A stretch of DNA of 64,000 nucleotides from assembly GCA_004297735.1 (NCBI GenBank), contig SCTI01000001.1, positions 115,467-179,466 on the forward strand. Direction: 5' to 3'. Below, piece after piece: positions 44,224 to 54,775 of the stretch. Each line of letters opens with the position of its first letter. Positions within the stretch are counted from its first letter, which is position 1. The notes under the pieces are model-generated. The model ran no database searches, was not told the origin of the DNA, and saw only the letters and a program-made list of their open reading frames with translations. The position numbers were made by a program, and so were the translations under genes. The DNA comes from Patescibacteria group bacterium (GTDB lineage Bacteria; Patescibacteriota; Saccharimonadia; UBA4664; SCTI01).

Positions 44224-44430
44224 GTGGCAACTAAGACTAAAAAGTTAACCTTAAGTAAAGACAAGAAGCTATCCGGCGTTTGCGGCGGGATTGCTGAATA
44301 CTTTGAGTTTGACCCTACCATCGTTCGACTAGGCATGGCATTCTTCATCCTAGTGACCGGTGTGTTCCCGGGGCTGATTTTTTATGTTGTTGCCGCCATT
44401 GTGATGCCGGAAGCAGAAGGAGCCAAGTAA
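44224..44430 (+). CDS. PspC-domain protein
   Basis: DKKLSGVCGGIAEYFEFDPTIVRL, Y..A.IVMP. Confidence 0.9.
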   Translation: MATKTKKLTLSKDKKLSGVCGGIAEYFEFDPTIVRLGMAFFILVTGVFPGLIFYVVAAIVMPEAEGAK

Positions 44431-44592
44431 ATGGCTAAAAAGAACCGCCCAATCATCACTTTGCGTTCAAACGAGGATCCGGAGACGGTGTACACCACCA
44501 CCAAGAATCCTAAAAACACCCCTGATCGTTTAGTGATGAAAAAGTATTCTAAGCGCCTTAACAAGGTTGTTGAATTTAAAGAGAGCAAGTAG
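44431..44592 (+). CDS. rpmG: 50S ribosomal protein L33, Cys-less form (not in ORF track)
   Basis: Hand translation MAKKNRPIITLRSNEDPETVYTTTKNPKNTPDRLVMKKYSKRLNKVVEFKESK. Confidence 0.93.
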   Translation: MAKKNRPIITLRSNEDPETVYTTTKNPKNTPDRLVMKKYSKRLNKVVEFKESK

Positions 44593-44671
44593 CTCACCTG
44601 CTCATAGCCTTGCGTTGTGAGCGCACTTATCGCATAATCTAGCCATTCTGCACCTTCACTAGGAGTTGATC

Positions 44672-45241
44672 GTGGCTATCTTGCTTGAAAAGCGCAATAA
44701 CCTCGAAGACCCGTGGAAGTTTTTTACGCTGCAAGGCTTTAGCAGGGCAAGCATTGAGCTAAAATCCCCTGGTTTTTCTAGCATGACCTTTGCCGCCCAT
44801 CTGTTTCAGAACAATCCAAAGACAGACGCGGTTGAGGTATATGGCCTCAGAACAAGGACTAAGGTTAGGCTAAAAAGCCTTGCTCCGGGGGAATCTTGGA
44901 ATGGCACAGTTTGGAGCGAAAACACCAGCAGCGGCTACATCTGGGGTCGCATAACCAACTTTGACGTCAGCTGGCTGCCCCATATCTACTGCCCGGCTTG
45001 CAGCCAAGCCTTTACTCCGTTTGAGCTTGAATATCACCTCAACCGGCACACCATATATGAGGCCGTCAGGTACGGAGTTGGCTACGGGGAGATTTGGCGT
45101 GACGTTGTACTAGACATTGAGGAGTACATCAACAGCGGAATTGCTTCTGGTATTGCACAGCTTGGACTGACTCGCCTACTTAGAAGGCTTCTTGAAAGAG
45201 CTGTGACCGCCCAGCTTAGCGAAGCCAGTATGCAGAACTAA
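44672..45241 (+). CDS. orphan protein with C2H2-like zinc finger
   Basis: AGGAG SD before GTG; CPACSQAFTPFELEYHLNRH. Confidence 0.6.
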   Translation: MAILLEKRNNLEDPWKFFTLQGFSRASIELKSPGFSSMTFAAHLFQNNPKTDAVEVYGLRTRTKVRLKSLAPGESWNGTVWSENTSSGYIWGRITNFDVSWLPHIYCPACSQAFTPFELEYHLNRHTIYEAVRYGVGYGEIWRDVVLDIEEYINSGIASGIAQLGLTRLLRRLLERAVTAQLSEASMQN

Positions 45242-45251
45242 AAATGCCAGC

Positions 45252-45287
45252 GGGCTCATGGATATAGGACGCCATGAGCCCAGTTTT
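45252..45287 (+). terminator. intrinsic terminator
   Basis: GGGCTCATGG-N10-CCATGAGCCC-AGTTTT. Confidence 0.7.
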
Positions 45288-45338
45288 ACTCAACAAATAG
45301 GCATTAATAAGATACAATTATGTGGTCCTATCTGATAT

Positions 45339-45414
45339 AGGGGTGTAGCTCAGCTGGTAGAGCATCGGTCTCCAAAACCGAGTGTCGTGGGTTCGAGTCC
45401 TGCCACCCCTGCCA
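45339..45414 (+). tRNA. tRNA-Trp(CCA)
   Basis: TCGGT-CT-CCA-AA-ACCGA, encoded CCA. Confidence 0.95.
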
Positions 45415-45439
45415 TGGAATAATTGTATATAATATAAGT

Positions 45440-45841
45440 ATGATCAAAGATGCGGCAGACAAGTCAGATCAATTTTGGCAGCAAAAACTGACGCCCGAAC
45501 AGTACCGGATTGTTAGAGAGCATGGTACAGAGGCGCCGTTTAGTGGAGCCTACCTAGACAATAAAGAGAGTGGCATGTATCGGTGTGTCGCATGTGGGCA
45601 GGAGCTCTTTAGTTCGGACACCAAGTTTGAGAGCGGCACCGGTTGGCCAAGCTTTTATGATGCAGTGAGTAAATCAAACGTAAAGTTTAAAGACGACTAC
45701 AGTCTGGGTCATCATCGGGTAGAGGTGAGCTGTTCAAACTGCGGAGCTCATTTAGGGCATGTGTTCCCTGATGGACCAAACCCTACCGGGCAGCGATATT
45801 GCATTAATTCGGTGGCCCTCGATTTCAAGCCAAAACAATAG
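45440..45841 (+). CDS. msrB: peptide-methionine (R)-S-oxide reductase
   Basis: [30 protein letters not shown]. Confidence 0.97.
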   Translation: MIKDAADKSDQFWQQKLTPEQYRIVREHGTEAPFSGAYLDNKESGMYRCVACGQELFSSDTKFESGTGWPSFYDAVSKSNVKFKDDYSLGHHRVEVSCSNCGAHLGHVFPDGPNPTGQRYCINSVALDFKPKQ

Positions 45842-45945
45842 ATTTAATTTGATATATTGACAAAACATAAGTAGTATGGTATTATGGCAATTATCACTCT
45901 CGATAAGAGACGTGAAACCTGCACCTACTACCCGAGAGGGAATCA

Positions 45946-46224
45946 ATGCGTAAGTTTCTGAAGAACTCAGTCGACTGGCTGGACACCTTCCCCGGCGTCG
46001 GCATCTCCCTTGTGGTGGTGGCGGTTGCCGGTGCGGTGGTCGGCTACACCACGGGCTTCGGCTCCACCCTTGCCGGGTGGATCGTGGAAGACGGAGTGGT
46101 CGGATCCGACTGGGAGGCCGCGATCTTGGTCTCGACCTGCGCTGCGACCGGCTGGTTCTTACTCCTGATCCTGGTCATCGGCGTCCAGGGGGTCATCAAG
46201 GACTTCCGGCAGGACGCCCGCTAG
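45946..46224 (+). CDS. orphan two-TM membrane protein
   Basis: Own TTGACA-N17-TATTAT promoter (45857-45885); codons end mostly in G/C. Confidence 0.6.
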   Translation: MRKFLKNSVDWLDTFPGVGISLVVVAVAGAVVGYTTGFGSTLAGWIVEDGVVGSDWEAAILVSTCAATGWFLLLILVIGVQGVIKDFRQDAR

Positions 46225-46236
46225 CAGCGGTTACGC

Positions 46237-46430
46237 GAGGTATCACCTCAACGCCCAGTGCGTTAATCTGGGCTCACCCCCGAGTCTGTCAGCTCGACTG
46301 ATCGGCTCAGGGGAGAAATCCTCAGCTCTTTACAGTAGTACATGGCGCCTGGGCTGCTTTGCCGCAGTAGTGGCAACCGAGCTTCCAATGCTCAGCCCTT
46401 GGCATCCTCCTTTGTACCCACAATAGGAGG
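46237..46430 (+). ncRNA. candidate structured intergenic/cis-regulatory RNA
   Basis: Five consecutive hairpins; the last (CCTCCT...AGGAGG) sequesters the SD. Confidence 0.4.
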
Positions 46431-46437
46431 AAAAGCC

Positions 46438-46677
46438 GTGCTTTACATCATCACGCAAGAAGAGTTCGTTCACACCCTGGAGGGCTACCTCCAAGAAGAG
46501 TTCCCCGCGCTCCGTAGTGAGTGGTACTGGGACGATAGCGACTGCGACATGCCGACCGAGTATGGCGTCAAGGTGGCGATCGATACCGATCACCCGTTGT
46601 GGGACAAGGTGGTCCTCAAAGTGGCGCGTTACTGCCTCTGCCGAGGTGGCAACGTTACCCTTGAGGTACCTGAGTAG
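46438..46677 (+). CDS. small acidic orphan protein (79 aa)
   Basis: AGGAGG SD 7 nt before GTG; followed by a terminator. Confidence 0.6.
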   Translation: MLYIITQEEFVHTLEGYLQEEFPALRSEWYWDDSDCDMPTEYGVKVAIDTDHPLWDKVVLKVARYCLCRGGNVTLEVPE

Positions 46678-46693
46678 TGTAGTAAAGAGTTTT

Positions 46694-46728
46694 GGCGGAC
46701 GGGTTTACCTCGTCCGCCTTTACTTTTG
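46694..46728 (+). terminator. intrinsic terminator
   Basis: GGCGGACG-N9-CGTCCGCC-TTTACTTTT. Confidence 0.75.
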
Positions 46729-46761
46729 GTTTTGAAGTTATTCTTATTAAGAATAAAAAGC

Positions 46762-46812
46762 TTGCCATGTTAGTTTTGTCTGTATAGAATAATAGTTAAC
46801 TAGACAACTATT
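46762..46812 (+). promoter_or_regulatory. promoter with adjacent palindromic operator for the MFS gene
   Basis: TTGCCA-N17-TAGAAT then AATAGTT-N8-AACTATT. Confidence 0.55.
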
Positions 46813-46827
46813 ACACAAGAAGGGTAG

Positions 46828-48402
<1,575 letters not shown>

Positions 48403-48488
48403 GATTAGGTTGAGCAGGCTTTAGGCTTCAACCTAATAGCATAAGCGTTTTATTGACTTTGGCTTAGAGCCGGCCGATACTTAACAGT

Positions 48489-49067
48489 ATGAATCCGTTT
48501 CGTATTTTAACCATGCCGCTTGGTCCTTTGCGCCGAGCCTGGACCGGCGATTACCAGCAGAGTGGGGAGTTGAGCCAGGCCGACTGTGTGATTGGGTTTT
48601 CTTTTGGCTATAGGGGTAAGGGTAAACGGATTGAGCCGGGCTTAAGTAATGAGGACTTGGCGGCAGTAGCGGCCAGGCACTACGACCATCTACCAAAAAT
48701 CTTGCAGTGGGAAATTGCAGATGCGTATCTTAAGCAGGTTAAAAAACCGACTCAGCCAATCATTAAAATTACCAAACACCGCCGCAAAGGCAAATATTTA
48801 GACACCCAAGAGGTGGCGATGCAGGCTAAGGAGGCCATGCGCCAGCGAGGTTATAAAACCGCTGTGTTACTGGCCAACGCTTACCATCTGCCGCGAGTCC
48901 AGGCTGTTTGTACTCAGTTAGGGATTAGCTGGGTCACTACCGATGACTTGCGCGGCGCGGTTGAGTTTGACCTGCGCTCAAGCCAAAAATGGACGCGTAG
49001 TCGGGACGCATGGCGAGGCTACGAACCGCTAGCAATGATGTTTTACCGCATGAGGGGATGGCTATGA
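48489..49067 (+). CDS. hypothetical protein, DUF218/YdcF-like Rossmannoid
   Basis: DT.EVA...AVLLANAYHLPRV pattern. Confidence 0.55.
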   Translation: MNPFRILTMPLGPLRRAWTGDYQQSGELSQADCVIGFSFGYRGKGKRIEPGLSNEDLAAVAARHYDHLPKILQWEIADAYLKQVKKPTQPIIKITKHRRKGKYLDTQEVAMQAKEAMRQRGYKTAVLLANAYHLPRVQAVCTQLGISWVTTDDLRGAVEFDLRSSQKWTRSRDAWRGYEPLAMMFYRMRGWL

Positions 49068-50242
49068 AGCACGTTTTAATTGTCGGAGCAGGGTTTGCTG
49101 GTATTAAATTGGCCCGCGAGCTAGACCGGGATCATCGCTTTCATATCACCCTGATTAGCGATCGGCGCAGCTTTGAGTATCATGCGGCGCTGTATCGATC
49201 GGTTACCGGCCGCTCGCACTTGGAGGTTGAGGTGCCGCTGGTTGATATTTTCGCCGGCAGTCGGGTAGAGGTGGTTTACGATCAAGTCAAGAAAATTGAT
49301 GCCAAAAATCAAACGGTTACCTGCCAAAGCAAAGAACGCTATCATTATGACGAGCTGGTTTTGGCTTTGGGTAGCGTAACCGCTTACTTTGGCATCGCTG
49401 GCTTGCCAGAATTTTCTTATGGCATGAAATCGATAGCCGAGGCGGCTGAGCTTAAGCAGCATCTACACGCGGAGTTAACAGCTGGCCACAAGCCGGATGG
49501 TCATTACGTTGTGGTTGGTGGCGGCCCAACCGGGGTAGAGCTCGCAGGTGAGCTGGTCAGCTACCTTAAGCAACTGCGGCAGAATCACAACATCCGCAAG
49601 CCCTTTACGGTTGATTTGGTCGAGGCTGCCCCGCGAATACTGCCAGCTCTACCAGAGCGTTTTGGGCAGATGATTCATTATCGGTTGGAGAAACTAGGGG
49701 TAAGAGTTTACACCGGCGTGGCGGTTAAGGGTGAGACCGCAAGCGAACTTAAGCTGCCTGACGGCAATATCGATACTCACACCGTTATTTGGACCGCCGG
49801 AATGACCAACAACCCGTTGTTTGCCGATCACCCAAAGCTGTTTAAGTTGGCCAAGGGCCAAAAGGTAGAGGTTGATGAGCACCTGTCGGCCGCTCCTCAC
49901 GTGTGGGTGGCGGGGGATAGCGCCTCAACCCAACATGCTGGCTGGGCCCAGACCGCCTTATATGATGGCCGGTACCTGGCAGAGGTTATGCGCTCGCTTG
50001 AAGATGGTTTGCCACTGCCAACTTATGCTCCAAAAGCTCCGGTTGGTGCAATTCCGGTTGGGCCACACTGGTGCGCGGTTAATACCCCCAGGGGCACTCA
50101 ACTGTTTGGGAGAATTGGCTGGTGGGGTCGTCGCTGGGTTGATTTTAAGCTGTTTTGGGGCCTGCTACCGGCTCGACTGGCCTGGCGAGCCTGGATTATG
50201 GGCACTCGGCAAGAAGAAAGCTGCCCCCACTGCCGTCATTAG
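49064..50242 (+). CDS. type II NADH dehydrogenase-like FAD oxidoreductase
   Basis: IVGAGFAG, VVGGGPTGVELAGE, IWTAG, AGD. Confidence 0.88.
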   Translation: MKHVLIVGAGFAGIKLARELDRDHRFHITLISDRRSFEYHAALYRSVTGRSHLEVEVPLVDIFAGSRVEVVYDQVKKIDAKNQTVTCQSKERYHYDELVLALGSVTAYFGIAGLPEFSYGMKSIAEAAELKQHLHAELTAGHKPDGHYVVVGGGPTGVELAGELVSYLKQLRQNHNIRKPFTVDLVEAAPRILPALPERFGQMIHYRLEKLGVRVYTGVAVKGETASELKLPDGNIDTHTVIWTAGMTNNPLFADHPKLFKLAKGQKVEVDEHLSAAPHVWVAGDSASTQHAGWAQTALYDGRYLAEVMRSLEDGLPLPTYAPKAPVGAIPVGPHWCAVNTPRGTQLFGRIGWWGRRWVDFKLFWGLLPARLAWRAWIMGTRQEESCPHCRH

Positions 50243-50279
50243 GTGGCTTTTAAGCTAAAAAAACGGTATTGTAGTAGCT

Positions 50280-51692
50280 ATGAAATCTTCTACTCCAGCG
50301 GTTCAAGTCGCCGAAACTCTGCATCACATTGACTCAACCGTGGTGGTACAGGGCTGGGTCCACACCATACGCGATATGGGTAAAATTGCTTTTATTGAGG
50401 TGCGCGACCACACCGGCTTACTGCAAGTGGTGGTCGATGACCCTTCAACTCTACCTAAACTTGGGCCTGAGTACGTAGTATCGATACGTGGTGCTGTTCG
50501 CAAACGGGGAGAGCGCTACATCAACCCCAGACTAGTCACCGGCACCGTCGAGCTGGGGGCAGAGTCGGTCGAGGTGCTTAATGACAGCCAGGAGCTACCA
50601 TTTGAGGTTAAAAAGGACACCTTGGATGTTAATGAGGAGCTGCGCTTAAAGCACCGGTATCTGGACTTGCGCAGCGAACGGATGGTCGCAAACCTAAAGT
50701 TACGCCACCAAGTTAACAGCATTTTACGTAATCATCTCGACGAACAAAGCTTTACCGAAGTTGAGACGCCGCTTCTTACTAAGGGTACTCCTGAGGGTGC
50801 TCGTGAGTTCTTGGTTCCAGCCAGACTGCATCCGGATCAGTTTTATGTTTTACCGCAGTCGCCGCAGCAGTTTAAACAAATGCTAATGGTTGGCGGAATT
50901 GGGCGGTATTACCAGATTGTCCGCTGCTTACGAGACGAGGACCAGCGAGGCGATCGCCAGCCCGAGTTTACTCAGCTGGATGTAGAAATGTCCTTTGTTG
51001 ACCAAGAAGACATTCTACGACTCAACGAGAAGCTTTTAATCAAAGTGGTGCAGCAGACGGTGCCAGATGCTCAGATTACCACCGTTCCGTTTCCGCGCTT
51101 AACCTACGCGGAAGCGATGGAGCAGCACGGTACCGACAAGCCAGATTTGCGCAAAGATAAGAATAACCCCAAGGAGTTCGCCTTTTGCTGGGTGACCGAT
51201 TTCCCGTTGTTTGAGATTGCTACCGAAGGCAGTAAGCTCGACGCGGTTCACCATCCGTTTACCGCGCCTAATCCAGAAGACATGCCATTACTTGATTCTG
51301 AGCCCGACAAGGTCCGCGCTCTAGCCTACGACATAGCCCTAAACGGCTTTGAGGTTGGCGGTGGCTCAATTCGAATCCACGATGCTAAGTTGCAGGCTAA
51401 GGTGTTTGAACTGCTCGGGCTGGGTCGTCAAGAGGCTGAGCAGCGATTTGGCCATATACTGGAGGCCTTTAAATATGGCACGCCGCCGCATGGAGGTATC
51501 GCCTGGGGCTTAGACCGTTTATTGATGCTGCTAGCTGGTGAGCCAAATATTCGCGAAGTTATTGCTTTTCCTAAGACCGGCGATGCTCGCGATCCTTTAA
51601 CGGGCGCTCCAACCACAATGCCAACCGAAAGATTGGACGAAGTAGGAATTGCTCTCAAGCCTAAAAAGCCTAATAAGCGGGCTGGTTCTTAG
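50280..51692 (+). CDS. aspS: aspartyl-tRNA synthetase (short form)
   Basis: OB fold, TPEGAREF, LPQSPQQFKQ, RQPEFTQLD, PPHGGIAWGLDRL. Confidence 0.96.
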   Translation: MKSSTPAVQVAETLHHIDSTVVVQGWVHTIRDMGKIAFIEVRDHTGLLQVVVDDPSTLPKLGPEYVVSIRGAVRKRGERYINPRLVTGTVELGAESVEVLNDSQELPFEVKKDTLDVNEELRLKHRYLDLRSERMVANLKLRHQVNSILRNHLDEQSFTEVETPLLTKGTPEGAREFLVPARLHPDQFYVLPQSPQQFKQMLMVGGIGRYYQIVRCLRDEDQRGDRQPEFTQLDVEMSFVDQEDILRLNEKLLIKVVQQTVPDAQITTVPFPRLTYAEAMEQHGTDKPDLRKDKNNPKEFAFCWVTDFPLFEIATEGSKLDAVHHPFTAPNPEDMPLLDSEPDKVRALAYDIALNGFEVGGGSIRIHDAKLQAKVFELLGLGRQEAEQRFGHILEAFKYGTPPHGGIAWGLDRLLMLLAGEPNIREVIAFPKTGDARDPLTGAPTTMPTERLDEVGIALKPKKPNKRAGS

Positions 51693-51697
51693 GCTAT

Positions 51698-52015
51698 ATG
51701 CAGGGGTCAGAGTCGACAGTTAACCCTCAGCAGGGAGTATCGGGGCTACAGTCAACGCCAGAACAGCAGTTGCAGCCCACCGGAGAGGGCTCTGGTCAGG
51801 CAAGTACGTCGGCTAGTGCCGTGTTGCAGTCGCCAGCAACCAGCCAACAAACGCAGCTATTTTTACGGGGTGAAACCGCTGGTCAAAAAGTGTCTGGAGA
51901 TGGAGAATGGATGCCTCCTGCCGTTAGTGCGGTTTTGATTGTGTTATTGGGTGTAATACTGGTTTTGCTGATCGGGTTGTTGGTGCAGCGCTTTTCCAGA
52001 CGGCATACCCATTAA
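51698..52015 (+). CDS. Gln/Ser-rich protein with C-terminal TM
   Basis: Low-complexity N-terminus, one TM, basic tail. Confidence 0.55.
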   Translation: MQGSESTVNPQQGVSGLQSTPEQQLQPTGEGSGQASTSASAVLQSPATSQQTQLFLRGETAGQKVSGDGEWMPPAVSAVLIVLLGVILVLLIGLLVQRFSRRHTH

Positions 52016-52098
52016 TTTGTAATATTGCACAAAGTACCTGGGGAAGCCGGGGAAATCAATGATTGTGCTTACGCTTGGAAATAGCTTATAATAGATGT

Positions 52099-53412
52099 AT
52101 GTCTGAACGCTGCCAAAATTGTGATTCAACAGATATAGTTGAAATCCAAGGACAGAAATTTTGTATCAACTGTGGTGAACCCTATACGGCACCGGCAGGG
52201 GGTTCGGTTTCGGTTAAGCCGGCGGTTAAAAAACAGCCTGATCCGGTGGCGGTAGCAACACCCGTGGCAATAAAGTCGGCTACTGGTGCTGGTAAACCAA
52301 AAGCGGTTAAAAAACCTGTTGCTGCCAAGCCAAAAGCACCCATCGAACCAAAGCTTAAGGAAGTTAAGGTGACAAAAAGAGCTGAGGCTGAGGTGAAGGC
52401 TGTACCGGTTAAGTCGGCCGCTGCTACCGACTCGGCTTTAGATCTACGCTACAGTACAACCGCCCAGCCAGCGGCTGCTCGAGCAACCCATCAGCCTGTT
52501 GCCCCAATAGCGCCACCGGCTCAAAAACAGGCTGAAACCAAGCTTGATGAGCCCAATCAGTCAACCAAGGAGCATAAGCTGCAGCCACCTACCGACACCA
52601 AGCCGCACCCATTTGGCTTTAGCTTCAAGGTGGCAACCTTGGTGGCAGTGCCTCTGGCGGCGATATTTGGAGCGATGGTCTGGTTTTTGATTGGCGTGGA
52701 TATTGTGCTTTACGCCGTAGTCGCTGCGGCTTTGTTAATTTTTGCGGTTTTGACCTTAGCGCAATCGGCAATCTTGTACGGCATGTCACGGGCCTCCGAT
52801 CATCGTCCGGTAGAGCGGAGGCAGTGGTGGTCGGCCGCTCGAAGCGGGTTTATGGATGTTGTTAACATCAACTTAATGACAGTAATTGTGGTCATAATAA
52901 CGGTATCGCTGGCAGCCGCTGGCTGGCAGGGGGTTGGCAGGCTTGGTTTGCCAGATTGGGCCGAAACCGGCTTGTTACTTGCGCTGAACGCGGTTGCGGC
53001 TTGGCTGCTACTAGGGGCCCTGGTGTCTCGCCACATTGCCATACCGGCAGCCATAATTGGCGGAATGAGCTCCACTCAAACCTATAAGTTGGGCTGGCGA
53101 ACCTTTGCCAAGGCTGGAGGCAGTCTATCGCTGGCTCTGATCAGGGCTTGGATAACCGGCATTTTGGTGGTGGTTGGGGCGGCAATTGCGGTGATTTACC
53201 TCAATCAGCATTTTTCGGAGTACAATCATCTGACCGTAACCCTGCTGGTAGCAGCAGCTACTTGGCTGTTCATCACCCTGCTGTTTGTGACTTCGTTGCA
53301 ACTCGAGTCGCGGATGTGGCTGCGGCAGTATCGCTACTGGGTGGCACGGTGCTTCCCGAGCCGTCAACTTCGCCTGCTGGCCGGCCGGGTCCAGACGCTG
53401 CGGCACCGTTGA
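52099..53412 (+). CDS. zinc-ribbon plus multi-TM membrane protein
   Basis: CQNC...CINC, Pro/Ala/Lys linker, ~6 TM. Confidence 0.7.
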   Translation: MSERCQNCDSTDIVEIQGQKFCINCGEPYTAPAGGSVSVKPAVKKQPDPVAVATPVAIKSATGAGKPKAVKKPVAAKPKAPIEPKLKEVKVTKRAEAEVKAVPVKSAAATDSALDLRYSTTAQPAAARATHQPVAPIAPPAQKQAETKLDEPNQSTKEHKLQPPTDTKPHPFGFSFKVATLVAVPLAAIFGAMVWFLIGVDIVLYAVVAAALLIFAVLTLAQSAILYGMSRASDHRPVERRQWWSAARSGFMDVVNINLMTVIVVIITVSLAAAGWQGVGRLGLPDWAETGLLLALNAVAAWLLLGALVSRHIAIPAAIIGGMSSTQTYKLGWRTFAKAGGSLSLALIRAWITGILVVVGAAIAVIYLNQHFSEYNHLTVTLLVAAATWLFITLLFVTSLQLESRMWLRQYRYWVARCFPSRQLRLLAGRVQTLRHR

Positions 53413-53517
53413 CTTTTTCGATGGCTCATCTTATAATTGAGCAAAAGCCGCCGGGCTTTTTAAAATTGCCAAAAATATGAGCAAGAGCGCAACGCTGGCT
53501 TTGTCAAAAGGAGATCG

Positions 53518-53706
53518 ATGAATCGTTTGGTCACATATGTACAGCAGTCGTGGACCGAGCTACGCAAGGTGGTTTGGCCGTCGCGGCCATCAGCGGTTCG
53601 ATTAACCATTATCGTAGTGGTGTTCGCTCTAACCTTAGCCGTCTTTATTGGGGTGGTTGACTACATTTTTGGTCAGATTTTAAAGCAAATAATTCTTAAG
53701 GGATAA
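53518..53706 (+). CDS. secE: preprotein translocase SecE
   Basis: ELRKVVWP + TM; precedes nusG. Confidence 0.96.
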   Translation: MNRLVTYVQQSWTELRKVVWPSRPSAVRLTIIVVVFALTLAVFIGVVDYIFGQILKQIILKG

Positions 53707-53709
53707 GTT

Positions 53710-54249
53710 ATGACCGAGTCGACCGCAAACAAGCACTGGTACGTGATTCATACCTACTCAGGATATGAAGATCGAGTCGCCGAAAACATCAAGCAGCGTA
53801 TTGTCACCATGAACATGCACGACAAGATTTTTGATGTGATTGTGCCAAAAGAAAATCAGATTGAGATTAAGAACGGTCGTCGTCGCATTGTTGAGCGCCG
53901 CATCTTCCCAGGTTACGTACTGGTGCAGATGGATGTTACCGAAGACTCGTGGTTTGTAGTTCGCAACACCCCAAACGTCACCGGCTTTGTTGGCAGCGGA
54001 GTTACTCCAACCCCAATCGATCCGGATGAGGTGCGCCACATTCAGAAGCGCATGGGTGTTGAGGAGCCTAAGTACAAGATCGACTTCCACATTAATGAGA
54101 CGGTTAATATCGTTGATGGTCCATTTAAGGGCTTTGACGGCTCGGTCAATGAGATCGACGAGAGCAAGGGCAAGATTAAGGTACTAGTAAGTATGTTTGG
54201 CCGCGAGACACCGGTTGAACTCGATAGCTTGCAGGTTAAAAAGATTTAA
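53710..54249 (+). CDS. nusG: transcription factor NusG
   Basis: WYVIHTYSGYE, FPGYVLV, FGRETPVEL. Confidence 0.99.
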   Translation: MTESTANKHWYVIHTYSGYEDRVAENIKQRIVTMNMHDKIFDVIVPKENQIEIKNGRRRIVERRIFPGYVLVQMDVTEDSWFVVRNTPNVTGFVGSGVTPTPIDPDEVRHIQKRMGVEEPKYKIDFHINETVNIVDGPFKGFDGSVNEIDESKGKIKVLVSMFGRETPVELDSLQVKKI

Positions 54250-54256
54250 GTTTAAG

Positions 54257-54286
54257 GTGGGAGGCTGATTAAGCCGTTTGCACCAC
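54257..54286 (+). promoter_or_regulatory. L1-binding leader motif, copy 1 (before rplK)
   Basis: GTGGGAGGC-loop-GCCGTTTGCACCAC. Confidence 0.65.
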
Positions 54287-54298
54287 GAAAGGATTAAT

Positions 54299-54730
54299 AT
54301 GGCAGAGCAAAAGAAAGTTAAGGCAAACGTAAAGTTCCGTTTAGGAGCCGGTAAGGCTAGCCCAGCGCCTCCTGTGGGCTCAATTCTGGGTGCCCAGGGC
54401 GTAAACATGATGGAGTTTGTTAACGCCTTTAACGACCAAACCAAGGAGCTAGGGGATGTTCAGCTGGCGGTTAAGGTCACCATTTATGAAGATCGCAGCT
54501 TCACTTTTACCACCAAGGGTGAGCCAACCGCCGACATCATTCGTCGCACCGCTGGCATCCAAAAGGGCGCTGGCAACTCATTAAAAGAAGAAGCCGGCAC
54601 TTTAACTAAGTCGCAGGTGATGGAAATCGCCGAAAAGAAGATGCCCGATTTAAGCGCTAACGATCCGGAGGCTGCCTTTAAGGTGATCGCTGGTACCGCT
54701 CGCAGCATGGGCGTAAAAGTACAAGATTAA
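54299..54730 (+). CDS. rplK: 50S ribosomal protein L11
   Basis: ASPAPPVG, GTARSMG; start set at ATG 54299. Confidence 0.98.
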   Translation: MAEQKKVKANVKFRLGAGKASPAPPVGSILGAQGVNMMEFVNAFNDQTKELGDVQLAVKVTIYEDRSFTFTTKGEPTADIIRRTAGIQKGAGNSLKEEAGTLTKSQVMEIAEKKMPDLSANDPEAAFKVIAGTARSMGVKVQD

Positions 54731-54739
54731 TCAACAACG

Positions 54740-54767
54740 GTGGGAGGCCGAAAGCCGCTTGAACCAC
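54740..54767 (+). promoter_or_regulatory. L1-binding leader motif, copy 2 (before rplA)
   Basis: GTGGGAGGC-CGAAA-GCCGCTTGAACCAC. Confidence 0.65.
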
Positions 54768-54775
54768 AGGAGAAT

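Noticed and set aside
45339..45414. Alternative genetic code (UGA reassigned)
   Set aside because: Core genes are full length under code 11, and TGA ends genes such as rpoC, rplD and dnaX
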